Shown here: piece by piece, positions 46,401 to 58,385 of the stretch
How the letters are laid out: each line of letters begins with the position of its first letter
Numbering within the stretch: position 1 is the first letter of the stretch
NCBI GenBank assembly: GCA_026936335.1
Contig: JAPMXV010000011.1
Span: forward strand, 124,001-188,000
Direction: 5' to 3'
Origin: Mantamonas sphyraenae STR306
Taxonomy: Eukaryota; Protista; CRuMs
Length of the DNA stretch: 64,000 nucleotides
The notes under the pieces: generated by a model
What the model saw: only the letters and a program-made list of their open reading frames with translations
What the model was told of the DNA's origin: nothing
Databases searched by the model: none
Translations under genes and position numbers: made by a program

Positions 46401-49077
46401 TACCTATGCCTGCCGCTGGCCTCCACCGTGTAAAACAGACCACGTTCCAAATCCTTCCGTGCACTCCGGCCGTCCTCCAGCATGTACACGTGTTCCCCAT
46501 CCTTGTTGACAATGTACACGTCGTCGTCCTGGTCCAGGTAGTGCCGTGCGTCGCTTCCGCCTGCAAAAAAGTACATCTTGCCCTCCTCGTCCTTGTACAT
46601 GGTGAATCCGTGCCGGTCGTACGCGTGCCGCCCCTCCTCGTCCACCACGTACACGTCAAAGTCCTTGTCCATGTGGAACATGGTATCGCTGTCCGGATAG
46701 TAGAAGCTCTTGACGCCCGTGGCCTCGTCCAGGTAGTACACCGTCCCGTCTGGAAACACATAGTCGCGCCCCTCGCCGTCCTCGTGCAGAAAGTACCGCC
46801 GGCCCTCCTTGTCCACGTAGCACTTGTTGCCGTGGATGTCCAGAAAGTACTTGTCGCGCTTTCCCTTGCGCGAAACAGCCGCCGCCGCCGCAGCCGAGGA
46901 CTCTGCCTCTTCCGCTGCCTCCTCGCCGTCTCCTTCCGCCGCTCCTGCGTCCGCTGCCCCGTCCTTGTTGTTCTTCTCCTTGCCACCCAGTCGCAGCATC
47001 GCAAGTTTGCTGCCCACGCCCTGCTGCGACTCGTCCACGTCCTCCATAAGCTCGTCCATGTTGGACAGTTTGAAGGGGCACACCTCCAGCGACTCTATGT
47101 CGTCGTAGTTTGTTTCCACAAAGTCTGCCTTTTCGTCAAACACGTACGGCAAGCCCGCTTCGTGGTCGTAGTAGAAGGGCGTCCCGTGCTGGTCGAAAAA
47201 GTACTTGAACCCGTTGTGATCCCGCTGCCACGGCGACTCTGGGTTTTCAATGGCCTCCAGCAGCTTCAGGCGCTTCTGTTCGCGTTCGTTCTGCAGTGCC
47301 GCTTCGCTTTTCGGCTCCTCCTTTGTGCTTGTCTCCTTTGCGTCCTCGCCTGTGCTGCTGCTTGCTGCTGCTTGGGCGCTGGTTGCGTCCTGTGTTCCAC
47401 CGTTGTTGCTGCTGCTTTCGCCTGCTTCGCCCACCCCCATGCCACTGGAGGTATCGACCGCTCCCACCTGCACAATCTCATCGTCTTCATCATCCACGTT
47501 GATCACCTCCACGTTGCTCTTGTCCACGGGCGTAGGTGTGGCTGCGGCAGCCTCCGACGTGCCTTCCGCCTCGCCGACCTTCTCCTTGCCCTTTCCCTTG
47601 CTCTCGTCTGCCTGTTCTCCAACTCCATCGTTTCCGTCCTCACCGTTGCCTTCTGCGGCTGCTTTGGCCCGTGCAGCGCGCAACTTTTCGCGTTCGTCCA
47701 CGTACTGCGGCATGTCGCCCTCGTAGTTGAAGGCATCGATTTCTGGCTCGTCGTCCGGATACACGTTGCCTCCCAGTTGTGGAGGCATGGTCTCTGCGGA
47801 GAAAACAGAGTCCATCAGCTCTGCCTCGGCCACTTTGCGGTCGCTCGGCAGAAACACAACCTGTGCGTCGCGCAACTCGTGAGCACACACAGGCACACAT
47901 ACACACACACACACACACATCGACCTCTCGTTCGCACCCATGCTTACCTTTTGCACTGTGTCTGGGTCGATGGATCCACTCAACATCTGTGTGCAGCGTG
48001 TGCGTGTGGTGCGTTCTCGCTGTGTCAGGGCTGCACACGCGCGGGGGGGAGAGGGGGCTCCACGCTGCTCGGCGTTTGGTCGCCGTCTCTACCGGTCCCA
48101 TTCGTGCGCACACACTCACTCTGTAGATCCAACGGAAGAGAGAAGGCTCATGCACAAGGAACAGCGTGCCCAACCGCTCCGGGTAGTGTTTCTGCAACAG
48201 GTCCATCGCTTCCAGGATGGACGCCTTCTCAAAGTTCTTCCAGCCCACGTCCTCCAGATCGACCACCGTCAGGGTCTGGTAGATGTCCGGCCGCATGCTG
48301 TGTGTGTCCATGTAGTGTGCATCCACATGAGCGGTGTGTGGGTTCACCTTGTGTCAGTCTTGCCTGCTCCTGGATGACCTTTCGCTACCGCCGCAGAGAC
48401 GCATGAGCTCTTGCGAAACGCTACGCACCTCGCAATCGCCTTTTCCAGGCAGTAAATCAGACAATACACGAAATCCTTCGGGTCTCCTAGGTCAGGGTTG
48501 TGTCGGTGGGGTGTGACAATGATCACAGGTCGTCCCAATAGGTCCTCTTCGGGCCAAACGCGGAACGTTCTGATCTTCATCTGGTACTCCAGTGCAGCCT
48601 CGTTGGCAAGAATCTCGTCCACCGCCCACGCCTCACGCCATGCCTGCATTGCACAGTTGTCAGTCACACGCCAATCCACACCCTCACCACAACTGCTGCA
48701 GGTGGTCATCCTGTTTCTGTGCACACGTGCAAATGCTCGCCCGCTGAAAACTCACAAGCGTCTCCCCGAGCAACCGCGTGGCCTCTTTCACCTCCCACTT
48801 TCCCGCCCACAGGAACGCTTCCATTGTCCGCTTGTCCTTCAAGAACGGGCTGGGTTTCCCTGCAAACGCCTGTGTCAACTCGTCCACCATCTGTGCGCAC
48901 AGCCATGTGTCAGCTCACGTCCGTGTAGCCCCTCAATCAATCGGTCTCGTTGGTTGGTCCCAAATCTCCACAGGCCCCCTTGTTTCCTCCACTCACCTCC
49001 AATTGCTCATCTGTCAACTCTGGCCGGATTGTCGTCCAACCCAGTGCCTTAAGCCGTCCGTCCGTTTGGCTGGCCAT
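37253..49077 (-). CDS. Giant CRAL-TRIO (Sec14) + aromatic beta-hairpin repeats + tandem RasGAP-domain protein (exons 49077-48997, 48890-48756, 48643-48429, 48297-48120, 47986-47948, 47860-37253)
   Basis: CRAL-TRIO: FLWAGKWEV.EA..LL..TLAWR, D.LGRPVII, VVDLEDVG, LQKHYPERL..LFLVHEP; RasGAP: MFRSQS, FFLRYLVP, RNMVLIGKTIQMLAN; five phase-consistent introns. Confidence 0.85.
37434..37468. repeat. (CTG)n trinucleotide repeat encoding poly-Ser on the minus strand
   Basis: Direct observation. Confidence 0.85.
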
Positions 49078-49194
49078 GGCGAAAGCGAGAAAAAATGTTG
49101 CCTGATGCCGTGCAACACCAAGTACTGAACTGGTAGGTGACTGAATCGAGGGTGTCTGCATTCCACATTCTACTCCTCTTCCCATTCCCATTCC

Positions 49195-52100
49195 TCACAA
49201 CCCTTTGGGACGGATAGACGGTTGCACGCGGTTCCCGCGCCGAGTACGACGTGGGGTCAAACCCGGTGATCCTACACCGGCTCCCATTGCGTCTTCGGAA
49301 CCTCCACCCAGGCTGTGCAGCTTGTCTGCACGTCTTGCTTGCTCTTGCTGCTGTCTGTGCGCTTGTTGCATCACCAGTTTGGCTGTCGACACGGCTGGCA
49401 GACGCACCCTGTGCATCGGATGTTCCACAAGCACCGGTCCCACATCCACCGCTCCGTACGGGTTTGGCACAGCGCGATCTGGCGTACGTGCCTCCATCTC
49501 GCTGCTCTCCACTGCCCCTTCGCCAATCTGTGCCACCTCCACCTCGCCCGAATCGGACCCTTCTTCGTCCAGCGCCAATGGCGCCACATGCATCGATCCC
49601 TGCTTGTGCTGATCCTGCGTCGTCTGCACCAGCTTCTGCATTCGCTTCAGTTCCATGTATCGCTTCCACTTGGTGGCAATCAGCTTGGCTGCAAGCACCT
49701 CCTGGTGAGAACAGCTCAGCTGCGCCGCTTCACGAAAGTCCAATCGCTTCACCAGCCGTCGTCCTGCCTGGTCTGTTCCGTGGTACACCAGAGTCTGGTG
49801 CGCAATCTTGCGGTGGTCCTTCAGCAACGACATCACAACATTCTCTGTCACCGGGTTCTTTGGCATCGATGTGCCAAACGCCTTTTCCATGATGCCAAAG
49901 AAAGTCGGCAGGAACCGCAAGTTGCCTTCAGGGTCACTTGGAATGTGCAGGTCCCACATGAACTGCAGCTTGCGTCGCTTTCTCCACGCACGGCCCATGT
50001 ACCCCATCGGAGGTTCCAGCTGCTCCAGCAGTTCTGGCAGCTGTTCCACCCTGATGCGTCCCGTTGCCTTTGGGTCCAGCTCGGCCCACGCCAGCTCAAA
50101 TGTCTCTCGGTATTGCTGGTGCCGTGAGATGTGCTCACTCGGCTCGTCTTGCAGGTCGCTGTATGTGTTCAGCATCACCGCCACAAACAGATTCAACAAC
50201 ACAAACGACACCATCACCACGAACGACACAAAGAACAACGGTGCAATCGGCGTCCCGCAATTGTCCAGGTGAGCCTCGCAATCCGGAGGCTCCACCATGC
50301 ACTCGGACATCAGCGCCGGCCACGCCTCGCCCGTACTGATGCGAAACAACAGCAGCATGCTGTACGAGAACGTGGTAAAGTTGGCATGCCGCGTGATGTT
50401 GTCCTGGAACTTGACCAGCCCAAACAGGTTCATCCCCAGGATGGAGTACACCAGAAACAGCAGTGACAGAAGCGAGCCCACATTCGCCAGAGACGGGATG
50501 GCAATCCACAGCGTTTGCAGCAGCCGCAAAAGGCCCTTGGCACGTCGAATCAGCTTGAAGATGCGCGTGATGCGAAACACACGCAGGATCGCAGCCCCGA
50601 CCCCGCTGTCGCCAAACAGCTCCACCAGCGAGCCCAGTACAATGACAAAGTCCAACCGGTTCCAGCGGTCGTAAAAGTAGCGCCGCGGGTACAGCGCAAT
50701 GATTTTGACCACAAACTCAAACAGAAAGATAAAGGTGAACACCAGGTTGCTGGACTCTAGAAACGCACTGTGCGCGTCCGTCATGTCGTACGTGCGCGTG
50801 GCCATGATCACAATGTTCACCACAATGCACACCATGATACCGTAGTCAAAGTAGTCGTTGATGCACAGCCGGTACAGCCAGCGTCGCACAGGCGCCTCGG
50901 GCACCTTTTCCTTCAGTTTGGGTCTTCCCTTGATCAGGTTCTTCTGCGCCTCCACCCACTCCTGCTGGTCCTGCGTCATAAAAGGCGAGTTGTGCTTCTC
51001 AAACTCTGCTCGCTTGGTGTCATACGTGTCGATGACCACACCCACAAACAGGTTCACCACAAAGAATTGGCCCACAATAATGAACGCCACAAAGTACAGC
51101 GCATTGATCTCGTTTAGCGTTGCGCTCGGGTGCCACCCCCTGCGCCACCGCATCCACGCCGTTGAATAGCACGTCCACCCATCCTTCGCCGCTGGCCATT
51201 TCAAACAACGTCAGCTCGGCGTGGAACACGTCGTCAAAGTGCGAAGGGGCGTTGACCCAGCGTCGCTGCATCAGCTCCACGGTACCGTCTTCCATGGTGG
51301 CGTTAAACATGCCCGTGCACGCCTGCAGAGTCGTCACGCTCTCGTCGGTGCAAGTGTAAAACTTGCCTGCAAAGAGCTGCACGCCCAGGATACCAAAGAT
51401 GATAAAGAAGATCATGCAGAGCAGAGCCGCCTGGCCGATGTTGGGCAAGGCTGCAAAGATGGTGTTGACCACAAGCTTCAGCGCAGGGTAGCGAGACACG
51501 ACACGCAGCGGACGCAGCGCACGCAACGCTCGGAACGAGCGGAACGCCTTGAGGCCCGATGTGAACACGTTGAGCACAGACACGAGCACAATGAACCCAT
51601 CCAGCTTATTCCAGTGGTTCTTCAGGTACGCAGTCTCGCCCATGACCACGCCGTGCACAATCATCTTCATGACCATTTCCAAACCAAAAATGGCCAGAAA
51701 GAGCCAATCCAGCACCATCAACACCTGGCCCAGCTCGCTCTCTGGATTGAGCGTCGGATATTCCACCGCCAGTGCCAGCGTGCTCAGGAAGATGCACAAC
51801 AGGATGAAGCGCTCAAAGTACCTGTGTGCAACCACGTGTGCCAGCCACACACGCACCGGGTTATCCGGCGAAAACAGACCCATGGAATGGCCGTGGAGGT
51901 GCAAAAGCGTCACGTCGTCCCCATGCTCCTCCAGCGACTTGGATTCGCTATCCTCCGACGCATCGGCGGCCTCGGTGTCGGCGTTTGGCACTCGCATCGC
52001 CCCAACTGCCGCAGCCTGCACACGTGCCCTGCGGAACCGAGCCTTTGCTGCGTTGTGCCGGTTGGGAGTGTCATCGTCGGCGGCCAAGTCATCGCCCGAT

Positions 52101-55100
52101 GCAGACAGCAGCGAAGAGTTGCTCGTTTCCGACATCGACCTGGCACTCAGCAGCGAGTTGCTGCTGTCCAAGCGCTGCAGGAAGCGCGTACGCGGCACAT
52201 TGGGCAGTTCGCGTATGCCCTCTTCCTTCTTGCGCTTGCCTTGGATGGTCAGGGTGCGCTTGCGCGCAGGCGACGCACGAGAGCCAGCCGACACATTGCT
52301 GGCCGTGCTGTCCACGCTTGCCTCCGAGTCGTTGCGTTGGCGCAGCATGTTGACACGTGCTCCGATGTAGTTGCTCACGCTCATGGTGCGCTGACGGATG
52401 AAATTGGGCACCACCGTGCCACGGCGGCGCTTTTTCAGCATGGTCTTGCGCAGTTGCAGCTCCAACTCGCGACGCTGCTCGGCAAACTGGTCCACCAACA
52501 TGGCCACAAACAGGTTGAGCAGGATGTACGTGCCAAACAGCAGCAAGGAGACAAAGTACACCGAGGCCCACCAGCCCACGGCGCGGATGGCGTCAAACAG
52601 GATGAGCTGCCAATCCTCGCGTGTGAGCACCTGAAACACAGAGAGGAAAGCCCAGTGAAGTGTGTCAAAGTTCATGCGCGGCGAGCCGTCGTCAAAGTCA
52701 AACCTGTTGCCGAACCACTGCATGCCCAAGATCGTGTAGATAAACAGGTAGAGGAACAGCAGCATGGGAAAGTGCGAGATCGCGTTGAGGCACTTGATAA
52801 TCATCTTGAGCTGTTGGTTGATCTTGTTCCAGTTCTTGGCCAGCTTGACCACGCGGGCGAGACGGAATGCACGCAGGGCACTGATGCCTGTGTTGGTCGC
52901 GCCGCCGTCGCCGCCATACACGACGCCGATTTCCACGAGTGATACGAGCACAATGAAGCCGTCAAAGGCGTCGGACTTGTTGGTCCAGTAGGCGTTGAGA
53001 CCCAGGCCGATCCACTTGAGAAGCATTTCGCAGAGAAAGACAAAGGTAAAGACAAAGTTGGACACTTCGAGGGTCAACGTCCACCAGTCGGGCTGCTGGT
53101 AGTGCTCCGAGGCCAGCGAGAGTGTGTTGAGGAAAATGGCAGCCATGATGGCGTTGCTGAACCAGTCGTGTTGCACAATGTCAAAACAGCGCTGTTGAAG
53201 CTCGCTGCGCTGGTGATGCCTGTCGTAGGGGTGGAAAGGCAAGCACATGCGGCTCTTCCACACCTCGTCGAGCAGGTAGCGCACGTAGAAGGAAAGGGAG
53301 CCGACGCCTGCGACTTCGTCGTTGTTGCCGGCCCCGTCGTCCTCCGGGCGGTTGCCATCGCGGCGTGCGGTGTCCATGGTTTCCACAATGACGGCGAGTG
53401 CGAGGTTGATGAGGAAAAAGGAACCAAAAATGACCAGAATGATAAAGTAGATGACAACAAAGTCCGAGGTGGCGTCCTGCAGCCTGTACATGATGTCTGT
53501 CCAGCCCTCAAGAGTGAGAGTCTGGAAGATGATGAGTGCAGACGCGCCGAGGTTGTCAAAGGAGGAGATGCCGTGGTTGGGGTTGTCATGGGAGGCAGCC
53601 ACGGCGCAGTAGCTTCCGGACGGGCATTGGCGGCCGCCGATGTCGAGAGAGCCTTGCGGCTGCAGCGTACACTGTTGGTCACCATCGTCGAGCAGGCGTT
53701 GTGTTTGTGCGTCGAAACATCGTTGGCGCAGAGCTCCAGCAAAGAGTTGGACGCCAAAGATGCCAAAGACGACAAAGAGGAGGAGTGAGAGGAGGAGCAC
53801 GTCGAGGAGGCGCGGGAAACTGGTGATGAGTGCCGTGACCTGAAGTTTGAGGGCAGGGACGTGCGTGAGGGTGCGCAGGGGTCGAAGGACACGGATGGTG
53901 CGCACGCTGCTGACGTTGGTGGTGGAGGAGATGGGAAAGAAGCCGACGATGGAGGTGAGGACAAGGACAAAGTCTAGCCTGTTCCACGGATCGCGCACGT
54001 AGCAACGGAAGCCCGAGGCGATGATCTTGAAGGCCATTTCGACGATAAAGATGATGGAAAAGACAATCTCTGCGTTGTCGATGGTGAGGTTGTTGGGCGA
54101 GTTGTGGTCGGTGTCGCGCGGGTCGTACATGGCCAGAAAGACGCAGTTGAGGAGGATGGCTGTGAGGATGAAGCGGTCAAACAGTTTGTGGGTGACCACT
54201 CGCAACGCAAACTGACGCACGGGGTTGCGGACGTCGATGCACAGGAGCGCCTTTTCCTGCACGGGCAGCTTGCCGTAGTAGCCGTTGAATGAGTCGTCGC
54301 TGCTGATGCTATCGTCCGAGGAGATGTCCTTGTCATCTTTGGTGATGGGCTCGAGATTGACGAGGGAGACTGCATCGCGTGGGGAGGCAAGTTGCGTGGT
54401 GGTTACAAGCTGACTAACGGCCACCGAATCGCCAGCGGATGGCGGGACCTGGACAGTGAGATTGCGACGTGGTCGTTGTGTGGGCGACGCGGGAGTGTCT
54501 TGAGGTACACTTGCGTCTGCAGAGGGCTGTGTGTCTGTGCTTGTGGGCGCCTGTTGCTTCTGTGGGGCTGCTTTCCTGAGAGCGCCTTCAGGTTTGGTGA
54601 TATGTTCCAGCACGAGGCTGTTCTTGTCAGCCAGCATCATTCCTGAGATGGGAGGCACGGCGACGCCACGAGAGCGACGCACGGGCGGAGAGAGAGGCTG
54701 GTCGAGGGCCACAGCAACGGCTGTGCCTCGGGAGCGCCTGGGCAAAGGGGGTGTGGGAGCATGACGGATTGCCGCTCGTTTGGCCTCTTTGTTCTGTACA
54801 TGGTGAGAGGCCGACCCGGAGCCGGTGTGTGTGGTGTCCTGTGTGTCGTTTGCTTCGCCCATCACGGTGGATGTGTCGGCAAAGTGCACACGTAGGTCGC
54901 CAGCCGAGTCTTCCAGACGTCCCCGCGAGCCGCTCTGTTTCAAGATGCTGTGCAGCTCGGAGGAGTGCGAAGAAGCATCCCCCGAGCCTGCAGCGTCGGG
55001 TGTCGCTCTGTCCCCGGCATCGACGTGGGACGAGTCGAGATCTTCGCTCGTGTCAATGTGTGTGGAGGAGCCTACGCTGCTTGCGGGTCTGTCCAGACTC

Positions 55101-55216
55101 GGAAGCGGTGGCAAGGTGCCATCCCGAGCCACAAACGAGTCTGGACGAGGCCCACCAGGCTCTGGCAAGGGTATCCGAGCCAGGTCGGGCGTGGAGGACG
55201 TGTCCTCGCTCGACAT
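49195..55216 (-). CDS. Four-domain voltage-gated Ca2+/Na+ channel alpha subunit, EEEE filter (single +1 frameshift at ~51114)
   Basis: Four S4 segments (RTIRVLRPLRTL; RAFRLARVVKL; RSFRALRALRPLR; RVFRITRIFKLIR); pore loops TLEGW, TREDW, SGEGW, TGEAW; EF-hand-like and IQ-like C-tail. Confidence 0.93.
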
Positions 55217-55279
55217 GGTGGATGTGTTGTGTGTTTGGGTGACCCTGCGCCGCTGCAGGCAACGAAGGACAACTCGACG

Positions 55280-58068
55280 ATGGAAGCTATTGCACAACAT
55301 CCCTTTGTCGAACAGACTGTCAAGACCATCATTGAGCTTGGTGTGCCCCAGGACTACGCTCACTCGCTGTTGTTTGTGAGCGCTGCGCTGCTGGCCAACG
55401 TGAGTTTGCGTTGACCCTTTTTTGTATTGGATTCCGCCCGCTCTGCCCGGCCCCGTTTCTGTTGGAGGGATGCATGGAAGCAGGTGAAGAAACCCAGCCA
55501 GGCTTGTTCGGTGCAGTGTGCACGCGTGGAGTACGCGGGAAGTGCATGGCAGTGCCGCCTGGAGGGACCGGGCCCGAGCAACCTTGGGGGGAAAAGGCCA
55601 CGGTGGAATTGGCGATTGTGTGACAAGGCTGACACCAAAACACGACACGTACACATGCCACCGCGGTGTGAATCCGCTGGGAACCACATGGTGTGGATAT
55701 TTGCGGCCACTGGACACATGTACACGCGTGTGTGAACATGGGATGACGCGCATGGCCTGGTTTGGACGCTGGTGACGTGTGACGGGCATTTTTTGCGCGC
55801 GCCTGTTCTCGTTTTCTGCCGCGACGGACCACAGATCATCATCACGTACCTTGTGGCACCGCCGCTGTTCATGGCCCTGAATGTTCTGGACCGTTTGCTG
55901 GCTTTGGTGACGTCGAGCCGCTACGATGAAGTGAGTTTTGGGGAGAAAGTGTGTGTGCGGACGACACAGCACAACACGTCAGCAACCTCAACACCAGGCC
56001 CTCTCTCTTTCTCACACACGCACACACGCACACACCCTTTGGCAATCAGTTTGCCAACCAGAAGCCGCCTTACTCGGTCAAGGCCGGCGTGGCAGAGATG
56101 GACGACGAGACGGTGCCGATGCGCAACCAAATGTCTCCCAATGTGCTCGTGACGTCGCCTTTCCCTGGCGAGAACGTGGCCACGCTGAGCGACATCTTCC
56201 AGCGCAGTGTGGAGAAGTATGGTGACAAGCCGTGCTTCGGCACACGTGCACACCTGGGCACGGAGGAGAAGAAGGTGGGCGGCAAGACACTGCAGCTGCA
56301 AAAGCTGGGCCCGCTGAAGTATGAGTCGTACCGCGCCGTGGGCAAGCGAGTGGACAACATTGGCAACGGCCTGCGCAACCTGGGCTGCGAACCCAAGGAC
56401 AACGTGGGCATCTTCCAGGACACGCACGCCACGTGGCAGCTTGCTGCACAGGCGTGCTTCAGCCAGAGCATCGTGGTGGTCACATGTTACGCCACGCTGG
56501 GCATGGATGCACTCGTACACTCCATCAACGAGACGGAAATGTCGGTGATCTTCACCACTGCCGATCTGGTGCCCGTGCTGCTTGAGGCCTCCGAAGAGTG
56601 TCACAGCCTCACCACGGTGGTGGTGACCACGCCCAAGCCGACCAAGGAGCAGCTGGCCGCGTACAAGGACACCGACGTCCTCAATGTGATCTCCCTGGCC
56701 GACGTGGAGAAGGACGGCGCTGCCAACCCGCATCCCAAGCAATCGCCCCTGCCCGACGACCTGGCCGTCATCATGTACACCAGCGGATCCACGGGCATGC
56801 CCAAGGGCGTGCAGATCCTGCACCGCAACCTGGTGGCCGCTGTGGGTGGCCTGTCCATGCACATTGGCCTCACGGAGGAGCGTGACGATGTGTACCTGGG
56901 CTACCTGCCGCTGGCACACGTGTTGGAGCTGGTGGCCGAGACGTGCTGCATTGCCATGGGCAACCGCATCGGCTACGGCCACCCGCGTACGTTGACGGAC
57001 AAGGGCACCTTCAAGTGCGACGGCGACCTGGTCACTGTGCGCCCCACCATCTTTGCCGGCGTGCCCAAGGTCTACGACACCGTGCGCAAGGGGGCCATGG
57101 CCAAGATCAACAACTCGGGTGCCATTGTGCGCGCCCTCTTCAACTACGCCTACGAGGCCCGCCGCAAGGCCGTCCAAGCAAAGCGTGCCTCTCCCGTGTG
57201 GGACCGCTTGGTGTTCCGCAAGCTGCAGGCTGCGCTGGGTGGCCGTGTGCGTCGTCTGATTTCCGGCGGTGCCCCGCTGCACCCGGAGACCCAGGAGTGG
57301 CTGGCTGTGTGTTTGGGCGCCATTGTCGGCCAGGGCTACGGCCTCACCGAGACCTGCGGCTGTGCCACCGTTCAGAACGCAGACGATTTGGGCACAGCCG
57401 TCATCGGCTCGCCAGCCCCATGTGGCGAGATCAAGCTGGTCAGCCGCGAGGCGCTGGGCTACACCGTGCACGACAAGCCCAACCCGCGCGGAGAGCTGCT
57501 CGTGCGTGGTGGCCAGGTCACTGCAGGCTACTTCAAGAAGCCCGAAAAGACGGCCGAAGACTTTATCGAGGGTGGATGGTTCAAGACGGGCGATGTGGCT
57601 GAACAGCTGCCCAATGGCTCCTTCCGCATCGTCGACCGCGTAAAGAACCTGGTCAAGCTCAGTGGCGGCGAGTACATTGCGCTGGAGGCGCTGGAGAACG
57701 CGTACGGCAACTCGCCGCTGGTGGCCCCCAACGGCATCTGCGTGCGTGGCGACTCGCTGCGTGAGTTCCCTGTGGCCGTCGTCTGCCCACACCCGGACAA
57801 CATCGCCAAGTGGGCCCGCGACAACGGCATCCACGGCGACCTCGAGGCCCTGTGCAACAACCCAAAGGTGCGCGAGGGTGTCAAGAAGTCCCTGGACGCT
57901 GAGTGGAAGGCAAAGAAGATGGCTCGCCACGAGAAGCTCCAGGGTATCTTCCTCACCGAGACCGAGTGGACTCCGGAGAACCACATGCTCACCGCCGCCC
58001 AGAAACTCAACCGCCAGTCCATTTACAAGGAGTATGACGAGGAGTTGACCGCTCTGTATGACGAATGA
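55280..58068 (+). CDS. ACSL: Long-chain fatty acyl-CoA synthetase (ACSL3/4-like) (exons 55280-55399, 55835-55930, 56051-58068)
   Basis: IMYTSGSTGMPKGV, YLPLAHVLE, QGYGLTET, GWFKTGD, DRVKNLVKL..GEYIALE, TAAQKL. Confidence 0.93.
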
Positions 58069-58124
58069 AGACGGTTTCGGTTTCACTCACCTCACACAAT
58101 GACCTCATTCGTCGTTGTCAGCCT

Positions 58125-58385
58125 GTCAGCGTGGCTGCTGCCCGCAGCCAATGACCTGACCTGTATTTCTCGTAAGTGCGTGAACGCACGCCAACGCACT
58201 ACATACAAATACTCGACCATGCCCAAAAGTTGGCTTGCTTCTGGACAATGGCTACCAGGGCGTCGTTGCTGGATGCCCTGGTTATTTTGCTTGAACATCG
58301 AGCGGTGGCTTGCGCTCGATGTGCTCCGTCTCTTCGAGCAGCTCCCGTCGTCGATGGAGCTGCATCAGATCATGTTCACTCACTC
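58125..58385 (-). ncRNA. Candidate Fanzor omegaRNA (multi-hairpin region directly downstream of the Fanzor stop)
   Basis: Inverted repeats 58132-58138/58144-58150, 58175-58181/58194-58200, 58254-58264/58272-58282, 58295-58304/58313-58322 (perfect 10 bp), 58338-58345/58356-58363; position matches known TnpB/Fanzor guide loci; boundaries approximate. Confidence 0.55.

Noticed and set aside
42815-48406. 1863-aa plus-strand ORF
   Set aside because: Antisense shadow of the RasGAP gene
23730-51120. Programmed ribosomal frameshifting as the cause of frame breaks in BORCS8 (~23735), HECT (~34400, ~36435) and Cav (~51114)
   Set aside because: No shared slippery or stop motif, mixed directions, and two fall in A homopolymers; assembly indels are more likely
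55217-55972. N-terminal extension of the channel ORF to 55972
   Set aside because: It overlaps ACSL exons and introns on the opposite strand; MSSEDTS at 55216 is the plausible start
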